This document shows positions 1 through 12,912 of a stretch of 64,000 bases of DNA, one piece after another (the stretch's first letter is position 1; every line of letters begins with the position of its first letter). The notes under the pieces are model-generated. The model worked only from the letters and a program-made list of their open reading frames with translations, ran no database searches and was not told the DNA's origin. The translations under genes and the position numbers were made by a program. The stretch is from Macrostomum lignano (lineage: Eukaryota), in assembly GCA_002269645.1 (NCBI GenBank), contig NIVC01000254.1:587877-651876 (forward strand). The letters run 5' to 3'.

Positions 1-3000
1 CCTGTATGCGAAATCCTGCAGTTACTGACGTTTCAACATCACGCTATGCAAGATTGAAGACCTGCACTGAAGCAACAGTAAGGTCTGTGAAGCTGATTTT
101 TTATATAAACACAGATTTCAGATGGTAAATTGCAAAAATAAAATTGGTTATCAGTTGTTGTTGGGTATTTCGTAGTTCTAGGGGTAGAATTATTTAGCCT
201 GTATGCGAAATCCTGCAGTTACTGACGTTTCAACATCACGCTATGCAAGATTGAAGACCTGCACTGAAGCAACAGTAAGGTCTGTGAAGCTGATTTTTTA
301 CATATACACAGATTTCAGATGGTAAATTGCAAAAATAAAATTGGTTATCAGTTGTTGTTGGGTATTTCGTAGTTCTAGGGGTAGAATTATTTAGCCTGTA
401 TGCGAAATCCTGCAGTTACTGACGTTTCAACATCACGCTATGCAAGATTGAAGACCTGCACTGAAGCAACAGTAAGGTTTGTGAAGCTGATTTTTTATAT
501 AAACACAGATTTCAGATGGTAAATTGCAAAAATAAAATTGGTTATCAGTTGTTGTTGGGTATTTCGTAGTTCTAGGGGTAGAATTATTTAGCCTGTATGC
601 GAAATCCTGCAGTTACTGACGTTTCAACATCACGCTATGCAAGATTGAAGACCTGCACTGAAGCAACAGTAAGGTTTGTGAAGCTGATTTTTTATATAAA
701 CACAGATTTCAGATGGTAAATTGCAAAAATAAAATTGGTTATCAGTTGTTGTTGGGTATTTCGTAGTTCTAGGGGTAGAATTATTTAGCCTGTATGCGAA
801 ATCCTGCAGTTACTGACGTTTCAACATCACGCTATGCAAGATTGAAGACCTGCACTGAAGCAACAGTAAGGTTTGTGAAGCTGATTTTTTATATAAACAC
901 AGATTTCAGATGGTAAATTGCAAAAATAAAATTGGTTATCAGTTGTTGTTGGGTATTTCGTAGTTCTAGGGGTAGAATTATTTAGCCTGTATGCGAAATC
1001 CTGCAGTTACTGACGTTTCAACATCACGCTATGCAAGATTGAAGACCTGCACTGAAGCAACAGTAAGGTTTGTGAAGCTGATTTTTTATATAAACACAGA
1101 TTTCAGATGGTAAATTGCAAAAATAAAATTGGTTATCAGTTGTTGTTGGGTATTTCGTAGTTCTAGGGGTAGAATTATTTAGCCTGTATGCGAAATCCTG
1201 CAGTTACTGACGTTTCAACATCACGCTATGCAAGATTGAAGACCTGCACTGAAGCAACAGTAAGGTTTGTGAAGCTGATTTTTTATATAAACACAGATTT
1301 CAGATGGTAAATTGCAAAAATAAAATTGGTTATCAGTTGTTGTTGGGTATTTCGTAGTTCTAGGGGTAGAATTATTTAGCCTGTATGCGAAATCCTGCAG
1401 TTACTGACGTTTCAACATCACGCTATGCAAGATTGAAGACCTGCACTGAAGCAACAGTAAGGTTTGTGAAGCTGATTTTTTATATAAACACAGATTTCAG
1501 ATGGTAAATTGCAAAAATAAAATTGGTTATCAGTTGTTGTTGGGTATTTCGTAGTTCTAGGGGTAGAATTATTTAGCCTGTATGCGAAATCCTGCAGTTA
1601 CTGACGTTTCAACATCACGCTATGCAAGATTGAAGACCTGCACTGAAGCAACAGTAAGGTTTGTGAAGCTGATTTTTTATATAAACACAGATTTCAGATG
1701 GTAAATTGCAAAAATAAAATTGGTTATCAGTTGTTGTTGGGTATTTCGTAGTTCTAGGGGTAGAATTATTTAGCCTGTATGCGAAATCCTGCAGTTACTG
1801 ACGTTTCAACATCACGCTATGCAAGATTGAAGACCTGCACTGAAGCAACAGTAAGGTTGTGAAGCTGATTTTTTATATAAACACAGATTTCAGATGGTAA
1901 ATTGCAAAAATAAAATTGGTTATCAGTTGTTGTTGGGTATTTCGTAGTTCTAGGGGTAGAATTATTTAGCCTGTATGCGAAATCCTGCAGTTACTGACGT
2001 TTCAACATCACGCTATGCAAGATTGAAGACCTGCACTGAAGCAACAGTAAGGTTTGTGAAGCTGATTTTTTATATAAACACAGATTTCAGATGGTAAATT
2101 GCAAAAATAAAATTGGTTATCAGTTGTTGTTGGGTATTTCGTAGTTCTAGGGGTAGAATTATTTAGCCTGTATGCGAAATCCTGCAGTTACTGACGTTTC
2201 AACATCACGCTATGCAAGATTGAAGACCTGCACTGAAGCAACAGTAAGGTTTGTGAAGCTGATTTTTTATATAAACACAGATTTCAGATGGTAAATTGCA
2301 AAAATAAAATTGGTTATCAGTTGTTGTTGGGTATTTCGTAGTTCTAGGGGTAGAATTATTTAGCCTGTATGCGAAATCCTGCAGTTACTGACGTTTCAAC
2401 ATCACGCTATGCAAGATTGAAGACCTGCACTGAAGCAACAGTAAGGTTTGTGAAGCTGATTTTTTATATAAACACAGATTTCAGATGGTAAATTGCAAAA
2501 ATAAAATTGGTTATCAGTTGTTGTTGGGTATTTCGTAGTTCTAGGGGTAGAATTATTTAGCCTGTATGCGAAATCCTGCAGTTACTGACGTTTCAACATC
2601 ACGCTATGCAAGATTGAAGACCTGCACTGAAGCAACAGTAAGGTTTGTGAAGCTGATTTTTTATATAAACACAGATTTCAGATGGTAAATTGCAAAAATA
2701 AAATTGGTTATCAGTTGTTGTTGGGTATTTCGTAGTTCTAGGGGTAGAATTATTTAGCCTGTATGCGAAATCCTGCAGTTACTGACGTTTCAACATCACG
2801 CTATGCAAGATTGAAGACCTGCACTGAAGCAACAGTAAGGTTTGTGAAGCTGATTTTTTATATAAACACAGATTTCAGATGGTAAATTGCAAAAATAAAA
2901 TTGGTTATCAGTTGTTGTTGGGTATTTCGTAGTTCTAGGGGTAGAATTATTTAGCCTGTATGCGAAATCCTGCAGTTACTGACGTTTCAACATCACGCTA

Positions 3001-6000
3001 TGCAAGATTGAAGACCTGCACTGAAGCAACAGTAAGGTTTGTGAAGCTGATTTTTTATATAAACACAGATTTCAGATGGTAAATTGCAAAAATAAAATTG
3101 GTTATCAGTTGTTGTTGGGTATTTCGTAGTTCTAGGGGTAGAATTATTTAGCCTGTATGCGAAATCCTGCAGTTACTGACGTTTCAACATCACGCTATGC
3201 AAGATTGAAGACCTGCACTGAAGCAACAGTAAGGTTTGTGAAGCTGATTTTTTATATAAACACAGATTTCAGATGGTAAATTGCAAAAATAAAATTGGTT
3301 ATCAGTTGTTGTTGGGTATTTCGTAGTTCTAGGGGTAGAATTATTTAGCCTGTATGCGAAATCCTGCAGTTACTGACGTTTCAACATCACGCTATGCAAG
3401 ATTGAAGACCTGCACTGAAGCAACAGTAAGGTTTGTGAAGCTGATTTTTTATATAAACACAGATTTCAGATGGTAAATTGCAAAAATAAAATTGGTTATC
3501 AGTTGTTGTTGGGTATTTCGTAGTTCTAGGGGTAGAATTATTTAGCCTGTATGCGAAATCCTGCAGTTACTGACGTTTCAACATCACGCTATGCAAGATT
3601 GAAGACCTGCACTGAAGCAACAGTAAGGTTTGTGAAGCTGATTTTTTATATAAACACAGATTTCAGATGGTAAATTGCAAAAATAAAATTGGTTATCAGT
3701 TGTTGTTGGGTATTTCGTAGTTCTAGGGGTAGAATTATTTAGCCTGTATGCGAAATCCTGCAGTTACTGACGTTTCAACATCACGCTATGCAAGATTGAA
3801 GACCTGCACTGAAGCAACAGTAAGGTTTGTGAAGCTGATTTTTTATATAAACACAGATTTCAGATGGTAAATTGCAAAAATAAAATTGGTTATCAGTTGT
3901 TGTTGGGTATTTCGTAGTTCTAGGGGTAGAATTATTTAGCCTGTATGCGAAATCCTGCAGTTACTGACGTTTCAACATCACGCTATGCAAGATTGAAGAC
4001 CTGCACTGAAGCAACAGTAAGGTTTGTGAAGCTGATTTTTTATATAAACACAGATTTCAGATGGTAAATTGCAAAAATAAAATTGGTTATCAGTTGTTGT
4101 TGGGTATTTCGTAGTTCTAGGGGTAGAATTATTTAGCCTGTATGCGAAATCCTGCAGTTACTGACGTTTCAACATCACGCTATGCAAGATTGAAGACCTG
4201 CACTGAAGCAACAGTAAGGTTTGTGAAGCTGATTTTTTATATAAACACAGATTTCAGATGGTAAATTGCAAAAATAAAATTGGTTATCAGTTGTTGTTGG
4301 GTATTTCGTAGTTCTAGGGGTAGAATTATTTAGCCTGTATGCGAAATCCTGCAGTTACTGACGTTTCAACATCACGCTATGCAAGATTGAAGACCTGCAC
4401 TGAAGCAACAGTAAGGTTTGTGAAGCTGATTTTTTATATAAACACAGATTTCAGATGGTAAATTGCAAAAATAAAATTGGTTATCAGTTGTTGTTGGGTA
4501 TTTCGTAGTTCTAGGGGTAGAATTATTTAGCCTGTATGCGAAATCCTGCAGTTACTGACGTTTCAACATCACGCTATGCAAGATTGAAGACCTGCACTGA
4601 AGCAACAGTAAGGTTTGTGAAGCTGATTTTTTATATAAACACAGATTTCAGATGGTAAATTGCAAAAATAAAATTGGTTATCAGTTGTTGTTGGGTATTT
4701 CGTAGTTCTAGGGGTAGAATTATTTAGCCTGTATGCGAAATCCTGCAGTTACTGACGTTTCAACATCACGCTATGCAAGATTGAAGACCTGCACTGAAGC
4801 AACAGTAAGGTTTGTGAAGCTGATTTTTTATATAAACACAGATTTCAGATGGTAAATTGCAAAAATAAAATTGGTTATCAGTTGTTGTTGGGTATTTCGT
4901 AGTTCTAGGGGTAGAATTATTTAGCCTGTATGCGAAATCCTGCAGTTACTGACGTTTCAACATCACGCTATGCAAGATTGAAGACCTGCACTGAAGCAAC
5001 AGTAAGGTTTGTGAAGCTGATTTTTTATATAAACACAGATTTCAGATGGTAAATTGCAAAAATAAAATTGGTTATCAGTTGTTGTTGGGTATTTCGTAGT
5101 TCTAGGGGTAGAATTATTTAGCCTGTATGCGAAATCCTGCAGTTACTGACGTTTCAACATCACGCTATGCAAGATTGAAGACCTGCACTGAAGCAACAGT
5201 AAGGTTTGTGAAGCTGATTTTTTATATAAACACAGATTTCAGATGGTAAATTGCAAAAATAAAATTGGTTATCAGTTGTTGTTGGGTATTTCGTAGTTCT
5301 AGGGGTAGAATTATTTAGCCTGTATGCGAAATCCTGCAGTTACTGACGTTTCAACATCACGCTATGCAAGATTGAAGACCTGCACTGAAGCAACAGTAAG
5401 GTTTGTGAAGCTGATTTTTTATATAAACACAGATTTCAGATGGTAAATTGCAAAAATAAAATTGGTTATCAGTTGTTGTTGGGTATTTCGTAGTTCTAGG
5501 GGTAGAATTATTTAGCCTGTATGCGAAATCCTGCAGTTACTGACGTTTCAACATCACGCTATGCAAGATTGAAGACCTGCACTGAAGCAACAGTAAGGTT
5601 TGTGAAGCTGATTTTTTATATAAACACAGATTTCAGATGGTAAATTGCAAAAATAAAATTGGTTATCAGTTGTTGTTGGGTATTTCGTAGTTCTAGGGGT
5701 AGAATTATTTAGCCTGTATGCGAAATCCTGCAGTTACTGACGTTTCAACATCACGCTATGCAAGATTGAAGACCTGCACTGAAGCAACAGTAAGGTTTGT
5801 GAAGCTGATTTTTTATATAAACACAGATTTCAGATGGTAAATTGCAAAAATAAAATTGGTTATCAGTTGTTGTTGGGTATTTCGTAGTTCTAGGGGTAGA
5901 ATTATTTAGCCTGTATGCGAAATCCTGCAGTTACTGACGTTTCAACATCACGCTATGCAAGATTGAAGACCTGCACTGAAGCAACAGTAAGGTTTGTGAA

Positions 6001-8207
6001 GCTGATTTTTTATATAAACACAGATTTCAGATGGTAAATTGCAAAAATAAAATTGGTTATCAGTTGTTGTTGGGTATTTCGTAGTTCTAGGGGTAGAATT
6101 ATTTAGCCTGTATGCGAAATCCTGCAGTTACTGACGTTTCAACATCACGCTATGCAAGATTGAAGACCTGCACTGAAGCAACAGTAAGGTTTGTGAAGCT
6201 GATTTTTTATATAAACACAGATTTCAGATGGTAAATTGCAAAAATAAAATTGGTTATCAGTTGTTGTTGGGTATTTCGTAGTTCTAGGGGTAGAATTATT
6301 TAGCCTGTATGCGAAATCCTGCAGTTACTGACGTTTCAACATCACGCTATGCAAGATTGAAGACCTGCACTGAAGCAACAGTAAGGTTTGTGAAGCTGAT
6401 TTTTTATATAAACACAGATTTCAGATGGTAAATTGCAAAAATAAAATTGGTTATCAGTTGTTGTTGGGTATTTCGTAGTTCTAGGGGTAGAATTATTTAG
6501 CCTGTATGCGAAATCCTGCAGTTACTGACGTTTCAACATCACGCTATGCAAGATTGAAGACCTGCACTGAAGCAACAGTAAGGTTTGTGAAGCTGATTTT
6601 TTATATAAACACAGATTTCAGATGGTAAATTGCAAAAATAAAATTGGTTATCAGTTGTTGTTGGGTATTTCGTAGTTCTAGGGGTAGAATTATTTAGCCT
6701 GTATGCGAAATCCTGCAGTTACTGACGTTTCAACATCACGCTATGCAAGATTGAAGACCTGCACTGAAGCAACAGTAAGGTTTGTGAAGCTGATTTTTTA
6801 TATAAACACAGATTTCAGATGGTAAATTGCAAAAATAAAATTGGTTATCAGTTGTTGTTGGGTATTTCGTAGTTCTAGGGGTAGAATTATTTAGCCTGTA
6901 TGCGAAATCCTGCAGTTACTGACGTTTCAACATCACGCTATGCAAGATTGAAGACCTGCACTGAAGCAACAGTAAGGTTTGTGAAGCTGATTTTTTATAT
7001 AAACACAGATTTCAGATGGTAAATTGCAAAAATAAAATTGGTTATCAGTTGTTGTTGGGTATTTCGTAGTTCTAGGGGTAGAATTATTTAGCCTGTATGC
7101 GAAATCCTGCAGTTACTGACGTTTCAACATCACGCTATGCAAGATTGAAGACCTGCACTGAAGCAACAGTAAGGTTTGTGAAGCTGATTTTTTATATAAA
7201 CACAGATTTCAGATGGTAAATTGCAAAAATAAAATTGGTTATCAGTTGTTGTTGGGTATTTCGTAGTTCTAGGGGTAGAATTATTTAGCCTGTATGCGAA
7301 ATCCTGCAGTTACTGACGTTTCAACATCACGCTATGCAAGATTGAAGACCTGCACTGAAGCAACAGTAAGGTTTGTGAAGCTGATTTTTTATATAAACAC
7401 AGATTTCAGATGGTAAATTGCAAAAATAAAATTGGTTATCAGTTGTTGTTGGGTATTTCGTAGTTCTAGGGGTAGAATTATTTAGCCTGTATGCGAAATC
7501 CTGCAGTTACTGACGTTTCAACATCACGCTATGCAAGATTGAAGACCTGCACTGAAGCAACAGTAAGGTTTGTGAAGCTGATTTTTTATATAAACACAGA
7601 TTTCAGATGGTAAATTGCAAAAATAAAATTGGTTATCAGTTGTTGTTGGGTATTTCGTAGTTCTAGGGGTAGAATTATTTAGCCTGTATGCGAAATCCTG
7701 CAGTTACTGACGTTTCAACATCACGCTATGCAAGATTGAAGACCTGCACTGAAGCAACAGTAAGGTCTGTGAAGCTGATTTTTTATATAAACACAGATTT
7801 CAGATGGTAAATTGCAAAAATAAAATTGGTTATCAGTTGTTGTTGGGTATTTCGTAGTTCTAGGGGTAGAATTATTTAGCCTGTATGCGAAATCCTGCAG
7901 TTACTGACGTTTCAACATCACGCTATGCAAGATTGAAGACCTGCACTGAAGCAACAGTAAGGTTTGTGAAGCTGATTTTTTATATAAACACAGATTTCAG
8001 ATGGTAAATTGCAAAAATAAAATTGGTTATCAGTTGTTGTTGGGTATTTCGTAGTTCTAGGGGTAGAATTATTTAGCCTGTATGCGAAATCCTGCAGTTA
8101 CTGACGTTTCAACATCACGCTATGCAAGATTGAAGACCTGCACTGAGGCAACAGTAAGGTCTGTGAAGCTGATTTTTTATATAAACACAGATTTCAGATG
8201 GTAAATT
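1..8207. repeat. 197-bp tandem array, >=41.7 copies, truncated by the window start
   Basis: Unit CCTGTATGCG...GAATTATTTAG restarts at 1, 198, 395 ... 1774, then 1970 (one copy has a 1-bp deletion) ... 8077. The last copy diverges at 8208. Only a few substitutions were seen, mostly in edge copies. Confidence 0.99.
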
Positions 8208-9604
8208 TGAGTTTCGACCTAAAAATCGTTTTACATTCAAGTGTTTTCTGCTAAATCGATCTTTTTGTTATTTTTATCTTATCGGGAACTGGAACTGAAA
8301 AACCGGTCACTATAAAAGAATAATAGAAGTCTTTAAAGTTTTTAACTAAAGCTTTTTCTTAAATCTTAATCATTTCGGTATTTTCTGACTTTTTTGTATT
8401 TAAGTAGAATATGAACTCGTTTGTGTAGTTGCAAAGAATAAAATCTGATATGATAACAAATCATTCCATTTATTTTAGTGAAGCATACACTACAGCAGCA
8501 TAGGCGGTGTTGTCATTGTTTTATAATAAATTAGTGACTTTGATTAAATGAAGGTTAAGCTAAACTTTGAGATAAGGCTGAAGTAAACTTTGCTTTGCAT
8601 TATTTATTTTCATTCATGTTTAGCCTGTACAAAATTGATTCATTTTTTTAATCCTTATTATTTTACTTTAAAAAATTACTTCACAGTTAGACTTTTACTT
8701 AAGCTAAAGTTTTTCTATTGCTTCAACTTTTTGCAATATTATTAATATTATTCTCATTGATTATAGAATTATTGTTTATAGCAAGGCCTTTTAAGAAAGG
8801 CTTTATGCATTCTATTTGAAATTTGTCCTTAGGCTCCCCCTATACTATCATTATGAAATTTTTTTTGCAAAAATCTTTTTATCTGCCTATCTATGTCTAG
8901 ACTAACAATTGATAAGGCTTTGAATTAAGCCATAAACCATAGGCCTAATTTGAATAAATAGAAGCCTATTTGACATTATATTTTATATTATATTGTATAT
9001 GATAATTCATTTTTAGTCTATGTTTTTATTATATTATTTAAATCTTCTAGAATGAAAGTCTGTAATAGGGCCTATAAATTATAATAATAAATAATTCTAT
9101 TAATAATAATACATTGTTTATTTTGTTATATAGATTATAGTATTTAAAAAGATAATAAAATAAAATCAAACTTTAAAGACAACTCTTCAGACATTGTTTT
9201 ACAATTGTATCAAAAAGGGTATGTCTCACAATTTTTTTATTAATTTTAATTTTTATAAATTTTATGGCATATTTCTCTTATTTTTTAATATTTTTATTAA
9301 TTATATTTTTTGATGCTTTCATTATTGAAGTTTATCAATATTTTGTTATATTAAATATAGTAATATATTAAAATATAGTATTATAATTTTATATACTACA
9401 ACTTTAAAATCTTGTTTATAACATTAATATTATATCTAATAGAGCAAAGCAAATTTTTTAATAGCATATTTTTACCTAGTCTTTTTTCTTAATTTTAACC
9501 ATATAATGTGGTATATAATTAATGTATTTGTGGTGTTTTACTTATGGTTTGCTATAAAGTCAGTTTAAAGTCACAAAAATATTCTTCTACTGCATGACTA
9601 GACA

Positions 9605-11318
9605 ATGTCCAAGCGAGTGCCCCTACAGAAACCAGCACCAAAGTCTAAAGCCACAGCAGCCAGTAATTCAACTCGACCAAAGAAGAAGCCACCAAAGACC
9701 CAGTCTCCTTCATCTACCCTACCAGACAAAGATGCTGGCACAGAATTTGGCGATGAATTTCTCAGCAGCACACCACCAGAGATGCTGAATGATCACCAGC
9801 AGGATCAGATGGAACCAGAGTCAGCAGAGGAACTGCAGAAGCGTCTATTAGACAGACTTTTATCTCCATCATCGCCCAGTGACACCTTGTGCGAGCTCAC
9901 TCACGCCCGACTCGATCGGGCTGAACTAACCAGCATAGATTGCTTCGCCAACATGTGGCCAAGCAATAATAGTGTTACACACCTGTATTTGCAGCACAAC
10001 AAATTGGAGAGCTTACTGCCGGGTATTGAGTATTTGCCTAATCTTGTGTTTCTAACCGTGGCGCACAATCGGTTAACCAATTTGACTGGATTGGCCAGCT
10101 CAGCACCGGGTCTGAGGTTTCTGGACGCTTCGCATAATGGATTGACAAGACTGGAGCCCAGCACAGACTTGCCTGCGAATTTGTTTATTTTGTGTTTACA
10201 GGTGTGTCTGTAGGTTTGTACTTTCGTGTTTTCCGCCCCCTAAACAGCTACACAGATCGGGGTATCCGCCCCCTAAACGGCAAAACAGATCGGGTTATCC
10301 GCCCCTTAAACAGCAACACATATCGGGTTATCCGCCCCCTAAACAACAAAACAGATCGGGTTATCCGCCCCCTAAACGGCAAAACAGATCGGGTTATCCG
10401 CCCCCTAAACAGCCAAACAGATCGGGTTATCCGCCCCCTAAACGGCAAAACAGATCGGGTTATCCGCCCCTTTAACAGCAAAACAGATCGGGTTATCCGC
10501 CCCCTAAACAGCAAAACAGATCGGATTATCCGCTCCCTACACAGCTACACAGATCGGGTTATCCGCCCCCTTCTACACAGCTACACAGTTCAGGTTATCC
10601 GCCCCTAAACAGCCACACCGATCGTGTTATACGCCCCTTCCCTAAACAGCAGCACAGATCGGATCATCCGCCCCTATATTAAGCCACCTGTTTGGTTATC
10701 CGCAGTTTATGAATTTATGATGCATTAATTCTTCTGCTTAGCAACGAGATGATTCGTCACCCAAAACCCGCCACCGTTGCCAAGGGCAACCCGTGTCGCG
10801 GCTACCGTCGCTCGGTGCTGTCCCGACTGCCCCGGCTGCACCAGCTGGACCTGCGAATCGTTGAGCGGCAAAGCGGCGACGACGAAGGTGCCGCCGCCGA
10901 CTCCGAACGGTTGCCAACGGACTCCGAGGACGATGATGACGACGAAGCCGGCTCGGAGGATCCGGTTGACGACGATGTTGCCAGGATGCTGCGCGTTGCC
11001 AGGCAGTGCCTTGGCGAGCTGGACGAATCGGACATCGATGAAGATGTTGACGATATTGAAGATGCTGACTACGAGGTTGAAGATCAGTTGGACGATCTCG
11101 GCGATGCTGGCGAATCCGACGGGACTGGCGGGGACGCGGCGGCGTCGACATCGGTTCGCAGGCTCGCTGCCGACATTCTGCTGCGATCGCAGTCCCGTCT
11201 AGAAACCATGATGTCCGCTGCCGCCGAGGCCGCCGCCGACACCGAACGGAGGCGTCGAGAAATTTCTTCGGCTGCCAACGCCGGGTCTGTCGCCGAGTCG
11301 TCGACAGATCTCGAGTGA
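9605..11318 (+). CDS. LRRC46: Leucine-rich repeat protein, LRRC46-like (2 exons, 376 aa)
   Basis: Exons 9605-10201 and 10785-11318, GT-AG, phase 0, joining LFILCLQ|GNPCRGYRRSVLSRLPRLHQLD. SDS22-type LRRs (ARLDRAELTSI, HLYLQHNKL, FLDASHNGL) and the LRR cap resemble LRRC46 from memory. Acidic C-terminus. Confidence 0.75.
10233..10676. repeat. 33-bp intronic minisatellite (CCGCCCCCTAAACAGCAAAACAGATCGGGTTAT)
   Basis: About 13 degenerate copies fill the LRRC46-like intron. They explain the spurious RPLNSKTDRVI ORFs. Confidence 0.95.
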
Positions 11319-11822
11319 TTTATGCATAATTCTTGTTTTAAAAAAATCTCCTGAAAAAAGTTTACTACGATACATATCGGCATACTTATTCACACAGTAC
11401 AGTTGTCAGAAAGGGCCAGCTACCAATGCACAGAGAGCACGAACGCAAAAGGGTAGCTTAATATTCTTATCACCATCGTTTTATTTAGTCGTCCTAGAGA
11501 TGAAGTTGTTTCCTAGATATGTCGGGCAGAATCAAATTTTATAAACTTTATAATATTCTTAATTTAACTTGTCCATTGTAACTGAAGACTGCTGTGATTG
11601 TATATGAAATATCCGTCCATTTTTTGGTTTGCAAATTTAATTTTTATTCCTGTTCGCGTATTTTTAGTGCCTTTGGTTCCCATTTTCTTGCTTCTTTTAC
11701 TATAAAATAAATATTCAAGCACATTTTAAGGCAAAGATTCAACTTTCTTACTTTATTTTATATTGTTAAATTAAAAAATAATTTCTGTGCCACTTTTAGG
11801 TTTTCTTTTTTCTCCACCTTCA

Positions 11823-12851
11823 GTGTGAGATTTTGAGATTTGTCTCTACTTCCTCTAATGTGAGATTTTAAGATTTGTTTCTACTTCCTCTAAGGTGCGA
11901 TTTTGAGATTTGTCTCTACCTCATCTAGGGTGAGATTTTGAGATTTGTGTCTACCTCCTCTAGTGTGATATTTTGTCTCTACCTCTAGTTTGAGATTTTG
12001 AGATTTGGCTCTACCTCCTCTACTGTGAGATTTTGAGATTATTCTCTACCTCCTCTAGTGTGAGATTTTGAGATTCGTCTCTACTTCCTCCTCTAGTGTG
12101 AGATTTTGTCTCTACCTCTAGTTTGAGATTTTGAGATATGTCTATACTTTCTCTAGGGTGAGATTTTAAGATTTGTGTCTACCTCCTCTAGGGTTGGATT
12201 TTGAGATTTGTCTATACTTTCTCTAGTGTGAGATTTCGACACTTGTTGTCTCTACTTCCTCTAATGTGAGATTTTGAGATTTGTCTCTACTTCCTCCTCT
12301 AGTGTGAGATTTTGAGATTTGTCTCTAATTCCTCCTCTGGTGTGAGATTTTGAGATTTGTCTCTACCTCTTCTAGTGTGAGATTTTGAGATTTGTTTCTA
12401 CTTCCTCTAAGGTGCGATTTTGAGATTTGTCTCTACCTCTTCTAGTGTGAGATTTTGAGATTTGTCTCTACTCGTACCTCTTCTAGGGTGAGATTTTGAG
12501 ATTTGTCTCTACTTCCTCTAAGGTGAGATTTTGAGATTTGTCTCTACTTTCTCCTCTAGTGTGAGATTTTGTCTGTACTTCTAGTTTGAGATTTTGAGAT
12601 TTGGCTCTACCTCCTCTAGTGTGAGATTTTGAGATTTGTCTCTAACCCCTTCTCTAGTGTAAGATTTTGAGATTTGTCTCTACCTCCTCTAGTGTGAGAT
12701 TTTGACACTTGTCTCTACTTCCTCTAGTGTGAGATTTTGAGATTTGTCTCTACTTCCTCCTCTAGTGTGAGATTTTGAGATTTGTCTCTACCCCCTCCTC
12801 TAGTGTGAGATTTAGAGATTTGTCTCTACCCCCTCCTCTAGTGTGAGATTT
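11823..12851. repeat. ~35-38-bp minisatellite (GTGAGATTTTGAGATTTGTCTCTACTTCCTCTAGT)
   Basis: Degenerate tandem copies lie directly upstream of the first GRAMD1-like coding exon. Confidence 0.95.
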
Positions 12852-12912
12852 CTTTCCATCAGGTGCGAGTTTTGGTTATTTCCCGCTTTTGACGTCTCCT
12901 TTCCCGCTGCAG

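Noticed and set aside
1-8207. 197-bp unit as a CRISPR array, SL RNA, snRNA or 5S gene array
   Set aside because: No unique spacers and a eukaryotic context. ATG|GTAAAT resembles a flatworm SL donor, but the conserved SL 5' hairpin and a clear Sm site are absent. No recalled U1/U2/U4/U5/U6/5S motifs match.
8208-9590. Very AT-rich stretch as a mitochondrial insertion (NUMT)
   Set aside because: No recognisable mitochondrial protein, rRNA or tRNA motifs on either strand; treated as a spacer or outron.
10192-10608. Repetitive-peptide ORFs in minisatellites (also 13753-14490, 23876-24442, 31044-32002, 33990-34466, 35865-36158, 39150-39951, 46594-47166)
   Set aside because: They are translations of tandem or simple repeats lying in introns or intergenic DNA, with no splice or domain support.
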